DNA of 64,000 bases from Patellaria atrata CBS 101060 (taxonomy: Eukaryota): positions 1 through 64,000 of the forward strand of contig MU006106.1 of NCBI GenBank assembly GCA_010093705.1. The letters run 5' to 3'. Every line of letters begins with the position of its first letter. The stretch's first letter is position 1. The notes under the pieces were generated by a model, which was not told the DNA's origin, made no database searches, and saw only the letters and a list, made by a program, of their open reading frames with translations. Both the position numbers and the translations under genes were made by a program. Of the stretch, positions 1 to 10,422 are shown in pieces.

Positions 1-593
1 GAAGCGACTACATTCAGTTACCCACAATCTCACATCGATGCGTATTTCCATATTCTTGAGGGGATTGAAAACTTGAGAGATATGTATTCATCGCTTTTCA
101 GCCATTTCAATCCAACGTGATACCTCGGGAAAAGAGGGCTGTGTATCAAAAGATGGGGTGGAAAGGGAAATTTTGACGGATTGAGGTTCAAAGGGGTTGC
201 AGCAGAAATCAGAGATCTCCTCCTAAGAGCCTACTAACCCAAACATGGGATTATACTGCGCTCCGAGTTTCTGCCGGGGGCATACCCAGCCAACATCGGT
301 TGGTGAACTTCATGCGACTTCTTTGTATTATTTTCATCAGCAACGTCAGCCTCATTATACAGTACTATCGTACGTCAGCTTTGACACCAAGTTCAGCCGA
401 ATTCGAGATCATATCTACCGAAGTGATACTATTTACGCTTTGCCCAAATCTGCAATGGGTAGCGGCTTGTGTCAGGCTGTCAGCCATGTTCCTTTAGGAC
501 ATCGAACGTGGTTATTGAGAGACGATGCTCCAAGTTCGGTCATTCACCTTTACAATTGTCCTCATTTTGGGAAACAGCTACTTTCTGAAGATC

Positions 594-2145
594 ATGCCGG
601 GCGTACCTTCCAGCCGAGCATGTGACGCATGTCGCAAACAGAGGAAAAGGGCAAGTCTATCTTTTCATATTAGAGAGCGATTATTTACGAAATGGGTATC
701 AGTGTGACCTATCGAAACCATCCTGCTCGCGGTGCAGTCGCCTCCGGATTGTATGCATAGGGTCTGGCCAACAGCGGTACAAATTCAAAGAAGACGCGAG
801 GTCTTTCCATGCTTTGGCTCGGCCGGAAGCTGACCCTGAATGGAAGCATCCCCACTGGCTTCGCACCGAAACAATCACAACGCAAATGGTACAGATCTCG
901 CGTATACGAAGCAATGAAAAGACTCTATTAGCCAATGCTCTGATCGAGAAGTTGACCCCTTCCGAAGATCTAAGATACCAATTAGCTTGGACCTTTGGTG
1001 ACCTCCTTGCACATATTCCCCGTCGAATCGGTTCGAATCAAGCATTAGACGCTTCTGTGGCCGCTCTGATAGCGGCTCATTCGCACTTCTCCACACCTCT
1101 TGATTGTTCCGCTACGTACAAAAGTTTGGTTACCTACTCCCATGCACTTAAGGCTCTTAGGGCATGTTTAGATAATCCAGTTACGGCATTAGAATCAAAC
1201 ACAGTTTGCGCAGTCATGCTTCTATTGATATGTCAGGTGAGTGGAAACCTTCCAATACGTCAACTGATTCTCATGTAAGTCAGTCTTTCAACGGCCCCCA
1301 CCAGGGTATGTGGACCGGCTCGACCGGCCATGGTCAAGGTGCAGCACAGATTCTAAAAGCTCGAGGTCATTATGACACACGAGACGAGTTTGAACGGATA
1401 TTATTCCGAACTCTAAGTACAGCAGTGGTAAGGGGACGCTCCTTTTCTCTCATTCGGTCACTGATCTGTGAAGCTCTTTGAGGCCCTCGTCAATCCCAGT
1501 ATTTCCTTCAGTCCCGAAGAATGGAAAACAATTGTAGGAAACGAGCTAGTCAGCACTAACCACCCCGGTGGCAGGATGATACAATGTCTGTCGTACATTC
1601 CCAGTATTATGCAACGAGTAAGGGTGGCGATCGAAGAGAGAAACAGCCTAAATGATCTAGTCGCAGAGACCAGAATCCAATATCGGATAGCGAAGACCAC
1701 TTTGGTAGCACTCCAAGGTCTTCTCTATGCTGATCCTGATCAGATTAACGCCTGGACACCCGCCACGGCATCATCTAAACTCATCCATGCTCATTATCAA
1801 CGGTTGTACAGTACCGGTCTTACTATTACAATTGTCCTCAACTGCATTCTCAAGGCTATTAGTGGGTCCGATGGCGACCTGGTGGTGGAATCAACTCACT
1901 TTTGCAAAGATGTTCTTTTACTAGCCGAGGCTGCGGCGATATACAGGCCTTTGGGATCCAGTTATATGATTGTCTGCCTTGTGGCCGCCTGGTGTAATAC
2001 TAGCGATGAAGGATCGAAGGCCAATGTTGAGGACATGCTGTGCGAATATTGGTCGGCCTTTGTTGGACAAGATACGCAAGTCCCACGCAAGGAGCTTGAG
2101 CGGACCTCACAACTCCTCTCAAGCCTCCAGCTACAAAAAGGCTAG
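594..2145 (+). CDS. Zn(II)2Cys6 fungal transcription factor, 4 exons (introns ~651-702, 1237-1283, 1428-1473)
   Basis: Spliced N-terminus MPGVPSSRACDACRKQRKR|CDLSKPSCSRCSRLRIVC is a full C-x2-C-x6-C-x6-C-x2-C-x6-C cluster. Introns join ORFs 622-1278, 1206-1481 and 1468-2145 in frame. Confidence 0.9.
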
Positions 2146-2681
2146 CAGATTGATCATAGGGCTGCGACGCAAATCTCTCTATGTGTAATTAAAAGTTTGG
2201 GTAGTCTCGACACGCTCCTCTCATTAGGCTATCTTTATTCGAGGATCCTATACAAGAATTACCGAGACGCTGTTCCATTTCGAAATGCAGTGTCTCCGTC
2301 TAATAACTATACCAGCGAAGAGTGGTCTAGAAATGCATCCCGTGCTAACTACAACAAATATGAACGCGTTCCGCGTAGATAATAAGTTCCGTCACTGAGC
2401 AATCTAGGAGTGAGTTGCTTCCCAATTTCAATGTATGTTGATGATCTATATACGTGAATAGAATTCTGGACTCACGCTCAACATTACACCCGCTGAATGC
2501 CGTGATGGTGGTCACTTGTTCACGAGGGTCCTCATAGTGATACCGACAGTATGAATTCCATAACACTATAAACTATAACCAAATGGAAGGATAATCTGAA
2601 GGGAACATCCTTAGCGCCCTTCAGGTTGGACACCTTGAATCCATCACCAAATCTAAAATTTGTCCGTGGTTTCTTCTATAT

Positions 2682-3928
2682 CTACTGGTACGTCAACGGC
2701 ATTCCCCCAGGCAGTTCATCGAGCCCTAAATTCACGGTCGTTAGATTTTATCCACATACTTAAATCAGTACTGAACACTCACAGCCTTCCACCGGCTCGT
2801 TCACATCGGTTCTCTTAGTGCATGCCACCGCGGCATCAGTGGACTGTGATTGGAGTTGACTGCACTTATCGTTCATGCATCTCGCATCGAGGGCTCTCTG
2901 CAGTGAGTCACCCTTCCAGCCAAAGACATAGTCACCATGTTGCCCAAAGCCAGTACTTTGTGGTAAGAGTTAGTTGGAATGCAAAACTTCTTGGGGATGA
3001 CTTACGGGTCGCCCATGCTGTAGACGAGAGGTTGGGAGCCATCAGTTGGCCAGAGTTCCTGTTTGTTAAACTCTCTGGTATCCCACATGACTTCATACAT
3101 GACCTGGGGCAGTCTAACAGGGTGACTTGCTGGGCAGGGCCCAGTTGACTCGAAGGTACCGCTGCTGGGATATGCTACATGGCTCATATGATCTGGACTA
3201 TCGGTATTTTTGCCGTCCCAGCAACTAACGAACGCCCATGTGAGTAGGAAAATCAAACAAAGTATTTCAACAAAAACTCACGTTGGGAAAGTAATGGTTG
3301 TCCGAATACCTCCGGGACAAAACTTATTAGGTAGAGTTTGAGTATCATCCCCGGTGCAAGGCGCACCTCCGAAAGGAACCTGTTGGATTGTACTGAAGCA
3401 TCGGTGGCAAAGCTGGCGCTGCTGGCCCTGAGCTTTTCGTAACATTGCATTACCAACGAGCATACGGAAACCCTGATCTGGTTACTGAGTCGTCCTTCGA
3501 CTTCCCTTGACTTGACTTACTGGCTTAAATGCTGTAACCTTTGTCTTCCCATCGTATGGAGGGATATAGTAAACTGTCAATCCGGCATTTCCTTTAAGGC
3601 CCTGGTTTACCATCTGTGGAACACGCTTATATGTTCCATTACGCGCCCTGAAGAACAAACTTGCAGTCCAATAGTTGGAAAAGTCTTCACTGAAGGTACA
3701 ACTAGTGCACGTCGACTTCTCGACCAGATCGTGATTTGCTGGATCCATCGAAGGATTAAATGAGTTTCCACCGGCGATTTGATGAAGATGTGGGGATGGA
3801 GTAAGACCAGGATTGACCAAAGGATCGAGACGCTCGACAACTAGCTGATTGCATTGAAACCGCAGCATTTGCTGGGCCAGGCCATGGTGAACGAATAGTG
3901 TAGCGGTGACGAGCGACTTCCACTGCAT
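2682..3928 (-). CDS. Secreted DUF1996-domain protein, multi-exon
   Basis: Signal peptide [18 protein letters not shown], then family motifs [60 protein letters not shown] and [20 protein letters not shown]. Last exon [13 protein letters not shown]. Confidence 0.88.
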
Positions 3929-5991
3929 CTTGAGAGTGAGAGAAGTGCAACGAGCAAAATTCACGAAGAACAGGACAAGATGTTAAAGCAGGAAGAGAAC
4001 AAAACTAAACGCCCGTGAACGACGATATTTGTATATCTCATGGGTTTCGCACCAATTGATCCATGTTACAATGCGAAATGATGTACAGTGTGGATCGGAT
4101 GTCGTTTTAAGATTTCATCCTGGTTCGCTAATGCAACTGCCGGCAATTCAAGCTTCATTGTTAATTAATATCTATTCTGGGGTAATGGAAATCCTCTGAT
4201 TGGGCTCAGCGTAAGTGATTACCTTCGTCTCCGAATTGATTGCTCAACATCCATAGATCTTACAGCTCAAGGGGTTCCAAATGTACATGAAGTTAACCGC
4301 AATAGTTGACCCCGCAAATTGCAATACGCACGAGCGATATACGCAGCAACGAAATATCTTTCTAATCTATATACAGTGCAATCCGCAACTGGGGTGTACA
4401 TTACTGCACTGTAAACATCAACCTAGATTCCCGAGACTCCATTATCACCACAACGCTTCATAAACGCGGGGATTTGTCAACGTCTAGAACCAGAACGTGG
4501 CAATTCCGAAGCGAAGATTCGGTTTTTGTGTCTTATTGAGATAAGGCTTTTACATCGCTACGTTAGTATTGCTACACGAATAACCCTAACGTTAGTTGTC
4601 CTAAACTCTGTTTGAGAACATGTGAAAATCATTAGAGGATTCATGCACACGAGTATATTCTTAACTGGTTGGAATCATTGGAAGAACGGCGATTACCGAC
4701 ATCATCTTTTGAACCAGATGGTCGTATTATTGTTAAAGTATTTCCGGCAGATCTTATCTCGGTCAACATAAACACTTCACCCACGCCCGTCCAAGCCTAT
4801 CATTCAACGCCCAGAACTCATAGAAGATTACCATATTAGGAGTACACGCGACCTTAATCAATATAATCAGCCCGAAGCGTGGCTGTTATATCCTGGTCCC
4901 TTGCATCCGCGTGGGTTTACCAATACGCATATGACGACTACTTGACTTGGATTATCACAAATCTTTAACATCTACAAGAGTGTCAAAAACATGTTCTGCA
5001 ATTTCCTTAAACTATACCACCCGGTTCATTCCTTTTAGACCGCCATTCAATTTGAACCATGCCAGCTGAGATACTTTTCAGGACAAGACGTTTTCTTATT
5101 TGGGAGAACCTTCTACTGGTAGTCTCACTTACAGTTCTGCTTGGTCCTTCCACCGAAGACCTCGGCCGCAGTGGCTACCTTGGGCTATACCATAACCAAC
5201 GTCACCAAATCTGTCATTTCAGTCCACATGTGAACTTCTGCCCGAACATAAGGTCTGTGTGACTCGGGTACACTACTAAGGGGTTCTAGGAGTATGTATA
5301 CCTCTTATTCTTGTATGTTACTCATTCGTTCATATACGGTGGGTGTACCCTTGAATCAGTGCCGGGTTTATTGTTCTAACCGGATCAAACAAGCACCGTG
5401 CCCACAATCTAGATACCGATGGGTACTCGATCAGAAAATTACGAGATGACCCCTAAGGTAGAAAGAACTTTCAAGAGGGCCTTATTAGAGCACCATGTGT
5501 ATATCCCTTTACCGACGAAGACTTCAATAACCGGGATGTTCTTCATCACATACACAGCTTAGGACTGAATGTCAAAGAGTTCGTTCTAGAAGCCAAAACT
5601 CAGGGTTCAGTATTCCCTTCGTTTTTAGGAGGCATAAGGTCTGGACGAGTGATTGGAAAGTGCATTGCATGACCGAAAGCAATGGTCTTCAGTTCCGGAC
5701 TATACCGAACCAGTCCTCGCTGAGCGACAGTCAAAATTGTCACTGGATTATGGAAGAAAAATATCTCCTTAACCCGCTCAGGATGGGATGAAGCAACTCT
5801 CGACGTATATCTGAAGCCCATTGTTTCTTAAATCATGAGGATATAGTACTTATGGAATATATGGGTCTAAGTGCCCACCTACAGTTGTCCTCCGCCCACC
5901 CACCATCACCATCTCAGGAGTATTGCCCCTTCAATTCCGGAATGCAGGATTCAACGTCAGTAGTAACTTAATCGGACCATGCTCACTCAAC

Positions 5992-6354
5992 GCTTTTACA
6001 GCATACTCACACCTTTATAGCATACTCACACTCTTATAATATACTGATACCCTTATTGTATCTTTACACCCTTTTTAGTATCCTTGCACCCTTATAGCAT
6101 ACTTACACCCTTATAGCATAGCAGTATTGTAGATAATGCAATACAATGGATTAAAAAAAACACCCTTATAGCATACTGTAACAGGCTAGAGCCTAGTGGT
6201 ATGGGATGCCCTGCATCCGAAGATCAGCCAGTAATATTTCCCTCAAACCTTCCCTCAGACTTTTCTCTTCTTCTTCATCTTAATTGTAGATAGCATCTGG
6301 ACTAGACAGCTGGAACACAAATAATAGAGGCTGCCCACACATACTCATACCCTT
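5992..6354. repeat. Degenerate ~19-bp minisatellite (consensus CACACCCTTATAGCATACT), interrupted by insertions
   Basis: About 7 tandem degenerate copies at 5992-6120, another at 6161-6176 and a partial copy at 6340-6354. Confidence 0.85.
6177..6339. mobile_element. Probable solo LTR (163 bp)
   Basis: Starts TGTAAC and ends CCACA (TG...CA). Flanked by a 5-bp direct repeat CATAC (6172-6176 and 6340-6344) that splits a minisatellite unit. Confidence 0.7.
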
Positions 6355-6704
6355 GCAGAGTATGGCGTACTCTACTATCGCTTACATTGCGTCCTTTTAA
6401 ATAAGGCTCGAATTCTCGAATTCTATAGCGGGTGAAGAGCGCCTCCTCTTTCTCACATGATTGTCGTGAATGTTCTTCTATTCAATCAGTCAATGCAGCT
6501 GAAATTCGAGTGAAAGGACGGCTGTATTGTGAGAATTTTACAAAAGGCCATTAAATTGTGGCTGGAGAATCTTAGAAAGCAGGGTGAGAATCTACTCGTA
6601 TTTCTGTTAGATATACTGTAGGTCTAGCTCACGTATGTACTCGTAGGCCTACTGCTTCTTTAACAAAGTCGACATTGATTTGTGGTCTCAAATGATATCT
6701 TACA

Positions 6705-8516
6705 TCAATTCAATCGCCATTGGACAGAGGCGATATGCTTTGCGGCAATGTATGCAAAAGTCAGAGCAGGACCCAGTGTACTTCCTGCACCGATGTATTC
6801 TCTCCCCATGATTGCGGCTGAGCTATTACCCACAGCATATAGCCCTTGAATCACGCTTCCATCTTCCCGCAATGCTCTAGCAAACTCGTCCGTCAACACG
6901 CCACCCTTTGTCCCTAGATCGCCGGGGTAGATTTTAAGGGCGTAGAACGGGCTCTTCTCAATTGTACCCAAATTTGGGTTTCCACTGTATTTGGGATCTC
7001 CAAAGAATCGGTCATATGAACTAGACCCTCGGTGGAAGTCTCCGTCAACACCCTTAGCAACCATTGTGTTGAAACGGTCAACCGTCGCGTGAAGGGCATC
7101 GTCGTCAATCCCAAGCTTTTGAGCAAGTCCTAATAGCGTATCCTCTTTCACTATCAACCCGTTGTCCAGTAGTGCTTGAGAAGTTGCGCCAGGCATCATA
7201 CCAGCACATATGTATTGATTGCGGTGATTGGAGTCAAGGATCAGGAATGCCGGGATTGACGAGATTCTCCTGTTCCGCTTGAACTGATCGTTTACGAAAG
7301 CAGTGTACGACTGAGCTTCATTGGCGAACCTGTTTCCAGATTTATCAACTACCATTGCATGAGGCAGACCACGCTCAAATTGAGCCCAATAAACCCTCTT
7401 AGTCCTAGGATCTATAAACGTTGGGCCCCACCAGCCTTCGTCCATCAGTTCTGTTGCAGTACCTATCTTCACCGCAGCCAATATTGCATCCCCTTTGTCT
7501 TCCGGAGCTGCTAATGAATGTGATACTGCGCCCTCTTGTTTTTGATGCTGTTTCCGCATCTCTTCATTCTTTGCGAAACCTCCTGCCGCTAAAATCACGC
7601 CTTGAGCCGCTTCTATTGCAATACTCTTACCTCCCTTCTCAATGATAGCCCCTGTGACAATGCCATCTTTTTCAATGAGCTCTTTCATCGGTGAATTGGT
7701 CCATATAGGGACCTTTTTTTTAACATTCATGAGTAACAGTTGGCCAACCAAAGACATGCCCATCGTGACTGGAGCCCTACCGAGGAGTCTATTTCTCCAA
7801 AATCTCCATCTAACAACCCTCGCGGCCGTGAGAAACCCGTCTAGTGAACTTTTCGCTCGAAACAGTTTAGGACCTTCAAACGTGTAAAAGGGAAGGTTAG
7901 GCACACGTGGCGACATTCGCATCTTTTTTTGCCACCGTCCCAATTTACTAAGATCAAATACCTGTCCCTCGATACTCCGTCCATTATCTTTCCCACCCGG
8001 TTTATTTGGATAATAATCTGGGTATCCAACAGATGGTTGCTACTGGAATTCTTCACTCTGCAAAAACTTCACCATATCAGACCCTTCTTTCAGAAACGTT
8101 TCCTTACGCGCCGTGGTCGCAGCTCGCGACTCGTTTCCAACGGTTACCTCCATATACTTGAGTGCTTCGGAGATGCTGTCGTTAGCGTCAGGATGGATGC
8201 CAGAATTGGGGATCCAGAGACCGCCACCTGAATAGGAGGAGGTCCCGCCGATTAGTGAGCTCTTTTCGACAATCAGGGGAGATAAGCCGCTGGATTTTGC
8301 TTTTATGGCAGCAGTTAGGGCTGCGGCTCCGCTTCCGATGATGAGAATATCTGTTTTAACTACATTATGGGCTAAGAGTGAAGTATTCGTGCTTAAGGGG
8401 TGAGCAAAATGGTCTCTGGATGGACGTAGAAATTCTTGAGTAGCCCTTGTTCGATGCTGAAGTATGTATGAGTTTAGAAATCCTCGAGGACTTTGAGAGA
8501 GAGTCGTCGATTTCAT
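6705..8516 (-). CDS. FAD-dependent 3-ketosteroid-delta1-dehydrogenase (KstD)-like flavoprotein, intronless, one in-frame TAG at 8040-8042 (recoded gene or young pseudogene)
   Basis: Motifs DILIIGSGAAALTAA, GGTSSYSGGGLWIPN, YPDYYP, GVILAAGGF, RFANEAQSY, PGDLGTKGGVLTD and GLYAVGNSSAAIMGREYIGAGSTLG. ORFs 8040-8516 and 6705-7943 are in the same frame, joined by 32 open codons. Confidence 0.85.
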
Positions 8517-9420
8517 ATTAGATATGACCTCTTGTTGTGATCTCTAATGTGAGTATCTTTCTCCGAGTCACATTCCAATGATCGCAAGCTTGCAAACTTA
8601 AATAGCTAGAAGCGCTAGATATATAGAACTTTCCTCCATCGTGGAACGCCCCTATAGTATAAAGCCAAGTCGATGAGTCAGCTTATGTTCGAAAGCACTC
8701 AATTGACGGAAAAGGTCTGGAAGTTGTTTTCCTTTCATCCGACCATCCTAGACACTTTATTTCGTGTATAACTCTGGTAGTCAACGCTGCTCTTACTATT
8801 TAGTTTGTTTATAACTACCCATCTTGCTTTCTTTCATATTTTTTGATTTCGTTCTTCGAACTAGGGAAACCACTTCTTAGTAAAGAATATAGCTAAACAA
8901 CTCTCATGTTTCAAAAAGGTATAATGGAGCTTTTGCAGTCTTTCTTCAATCCACACAATGGGTTTCAAATAGACTGGAAACAACTTAAGTGCAACGGTTG
9001 TCAGAGTGCACCACGCTGATGAAATGATGTTAGCGTTAGCCTCGTACAGTCCAACCTTTATTTGTGCTCTCCATAGCAATAGATCCAGAACCTAACCCCG
9101 GCGAGTTGTCTGTAAGGAGCGATCATATTAAAGATGTTTGATGTTTAGTCATTTACCTCAAGTATGGAGTGCACCAGTTTAACTAGAGCATAGAACGAAA
9201 GAGAATCACCTCAACAAATAGATTCTGATTCTTATTACACTATAGACTCGTTTCAACGAAAAGGGAAGTATTTTGTAGCAACAATATTATATGAGATCAG
9301 AGAATGAAAGTGTGGCAGAATGTAAGAAATCTCAAGTTCAGTAACTGATCCCAAGGTCATCACCCATAACGCCTAACGACATCCAAGATCGTAAAGTTTC
9401 ACACCACGATAAAAAGAGGA

Positions 9421-10422
9421 TCACATCGGCGCGACAGGCGCAACAGGCGCGACTTGCAGGGAAACCGCAGTCAGGGAAACATCCCCATTCGGAAGCTCTT
9501 CAGCGACGACCTCATCCACATGAACCGCCTCAACGTACTCATCAGGGTCAAAGTCTGCCAGATCGTCTTCCTCGGCGGTAGTCTGCTCAACATGCATCTG
9601 ATGCTTGTTGCCTTCACTCCGTTCTTCTGGTGACTCCGACGATTGCGGCTGAGGAGTCGCCTCCGATTTCTTCGGCCTACCGGGACGGCCAGCCACTTTA
9701 GGACCATTCACAGCTTGTTTGAGTTGTTCGCTCAAACTGGTTCTGCCGTGTGGTCTCTTCACGACACTGGTGGTAGATTGTCCAGCACTTTTGGGTCTAC
9801 CACGTGGTTTCTTCGCAATACCAGTGCTAGCTTCTGCAGTACTCTTAGGTCTTCCGAGTAGTCTCTTCGCGACACCAGTGGTAGCTTGTTCAGTACCTTT
9901 AGGCCTTCTACGACCTTTCTTCGACGCGTTTGGCTCTGCGCTCCTTCTGGGTCTACCCGGAGATTTTTTAGTATCGTTAGGAGTTCCATCGACATTTCTA
10001 GGTCTTCCACGTGGTTTCTTGTTGACTCCGTCAGTAGCTTGTTCTGACTTCTTAGGTCTGCCGCGGCCTTTTGAGACTACACCGTTGGCAGGTTGTTCAC
10101 TTTTCTTAGGCCTCCCGCGATGCTTTCTAGACACATCGGATGCTTTGATTGCAGTAGTAGGTTCAGTAACGATCTTCTTTGGTCTGCCTCGAGAGCGCGT
10201 TGGAGCATCGGTGTCGCGAGACGCTAGCACAGCGGCATTGGGGTCTCTCTTAGGTCGCCCACGACCCCTTTTCACAAGTATACCGTCTTTAGTAGCTGCT
10301 ACAGTAGAAAGTCTTGCTCTTTTGTTGGGGGCACTAGCAGTTTCGGTCTGTTCAGCTTTGCGCTTCGCAGCGCGGCTGGGTGTCGAGGCGGAAATAGTAT
10401 TCGCTTGGGAAGGGGGACCCAT
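9421..10422 (-). CDS. Multi-AT-hook DNA-binding protein with acidic C-terminal tail (HMGA-like architecture)
   Basis: About 11 repeats of (R/P)GRP(K/R) or close variants, many spaced ~18-19 aa apart. Tail EEDDLADFDPDEYVEAVHVDEVVAEE. Confidence 0.8.
   Translation of the reverse strand: MGPPSQANTISASTPSRAAKRKAEQTETASAPNKRARLSTVAATKDGILVKRGRGRPKRDPNAAVLASRDTDAPTRSRGRPKKIVTEPTTAIKASDVSRKHRGRPKKSEQPANGVVSKGRGRPKKSEQATDGVNKKPRGRPRNVDGTPNDTKKSPGRPRRSAEPNASKKGRRRPKGTEQATTGVAKRLLGRPKSTAEASTGIAKKPRGRPKSAGQSTTSVVKRPHGRTSLSEQLKQAVNGPKVAGRPGRPKKSEATPQPQSSESPEERSEGNKHQMHVEQTTAEEDDLADFDPDEYVEAVHVDEVVAEELPNGDVSLTAVSLQVAPVAPVAPM

Noticed and set aside
5992..6354. CRISPR-like repeat/spacer appearance
   Set aside because: Eukaryotic context; repeats are directly tandem and degenerate; no regular spacers or cas genes.
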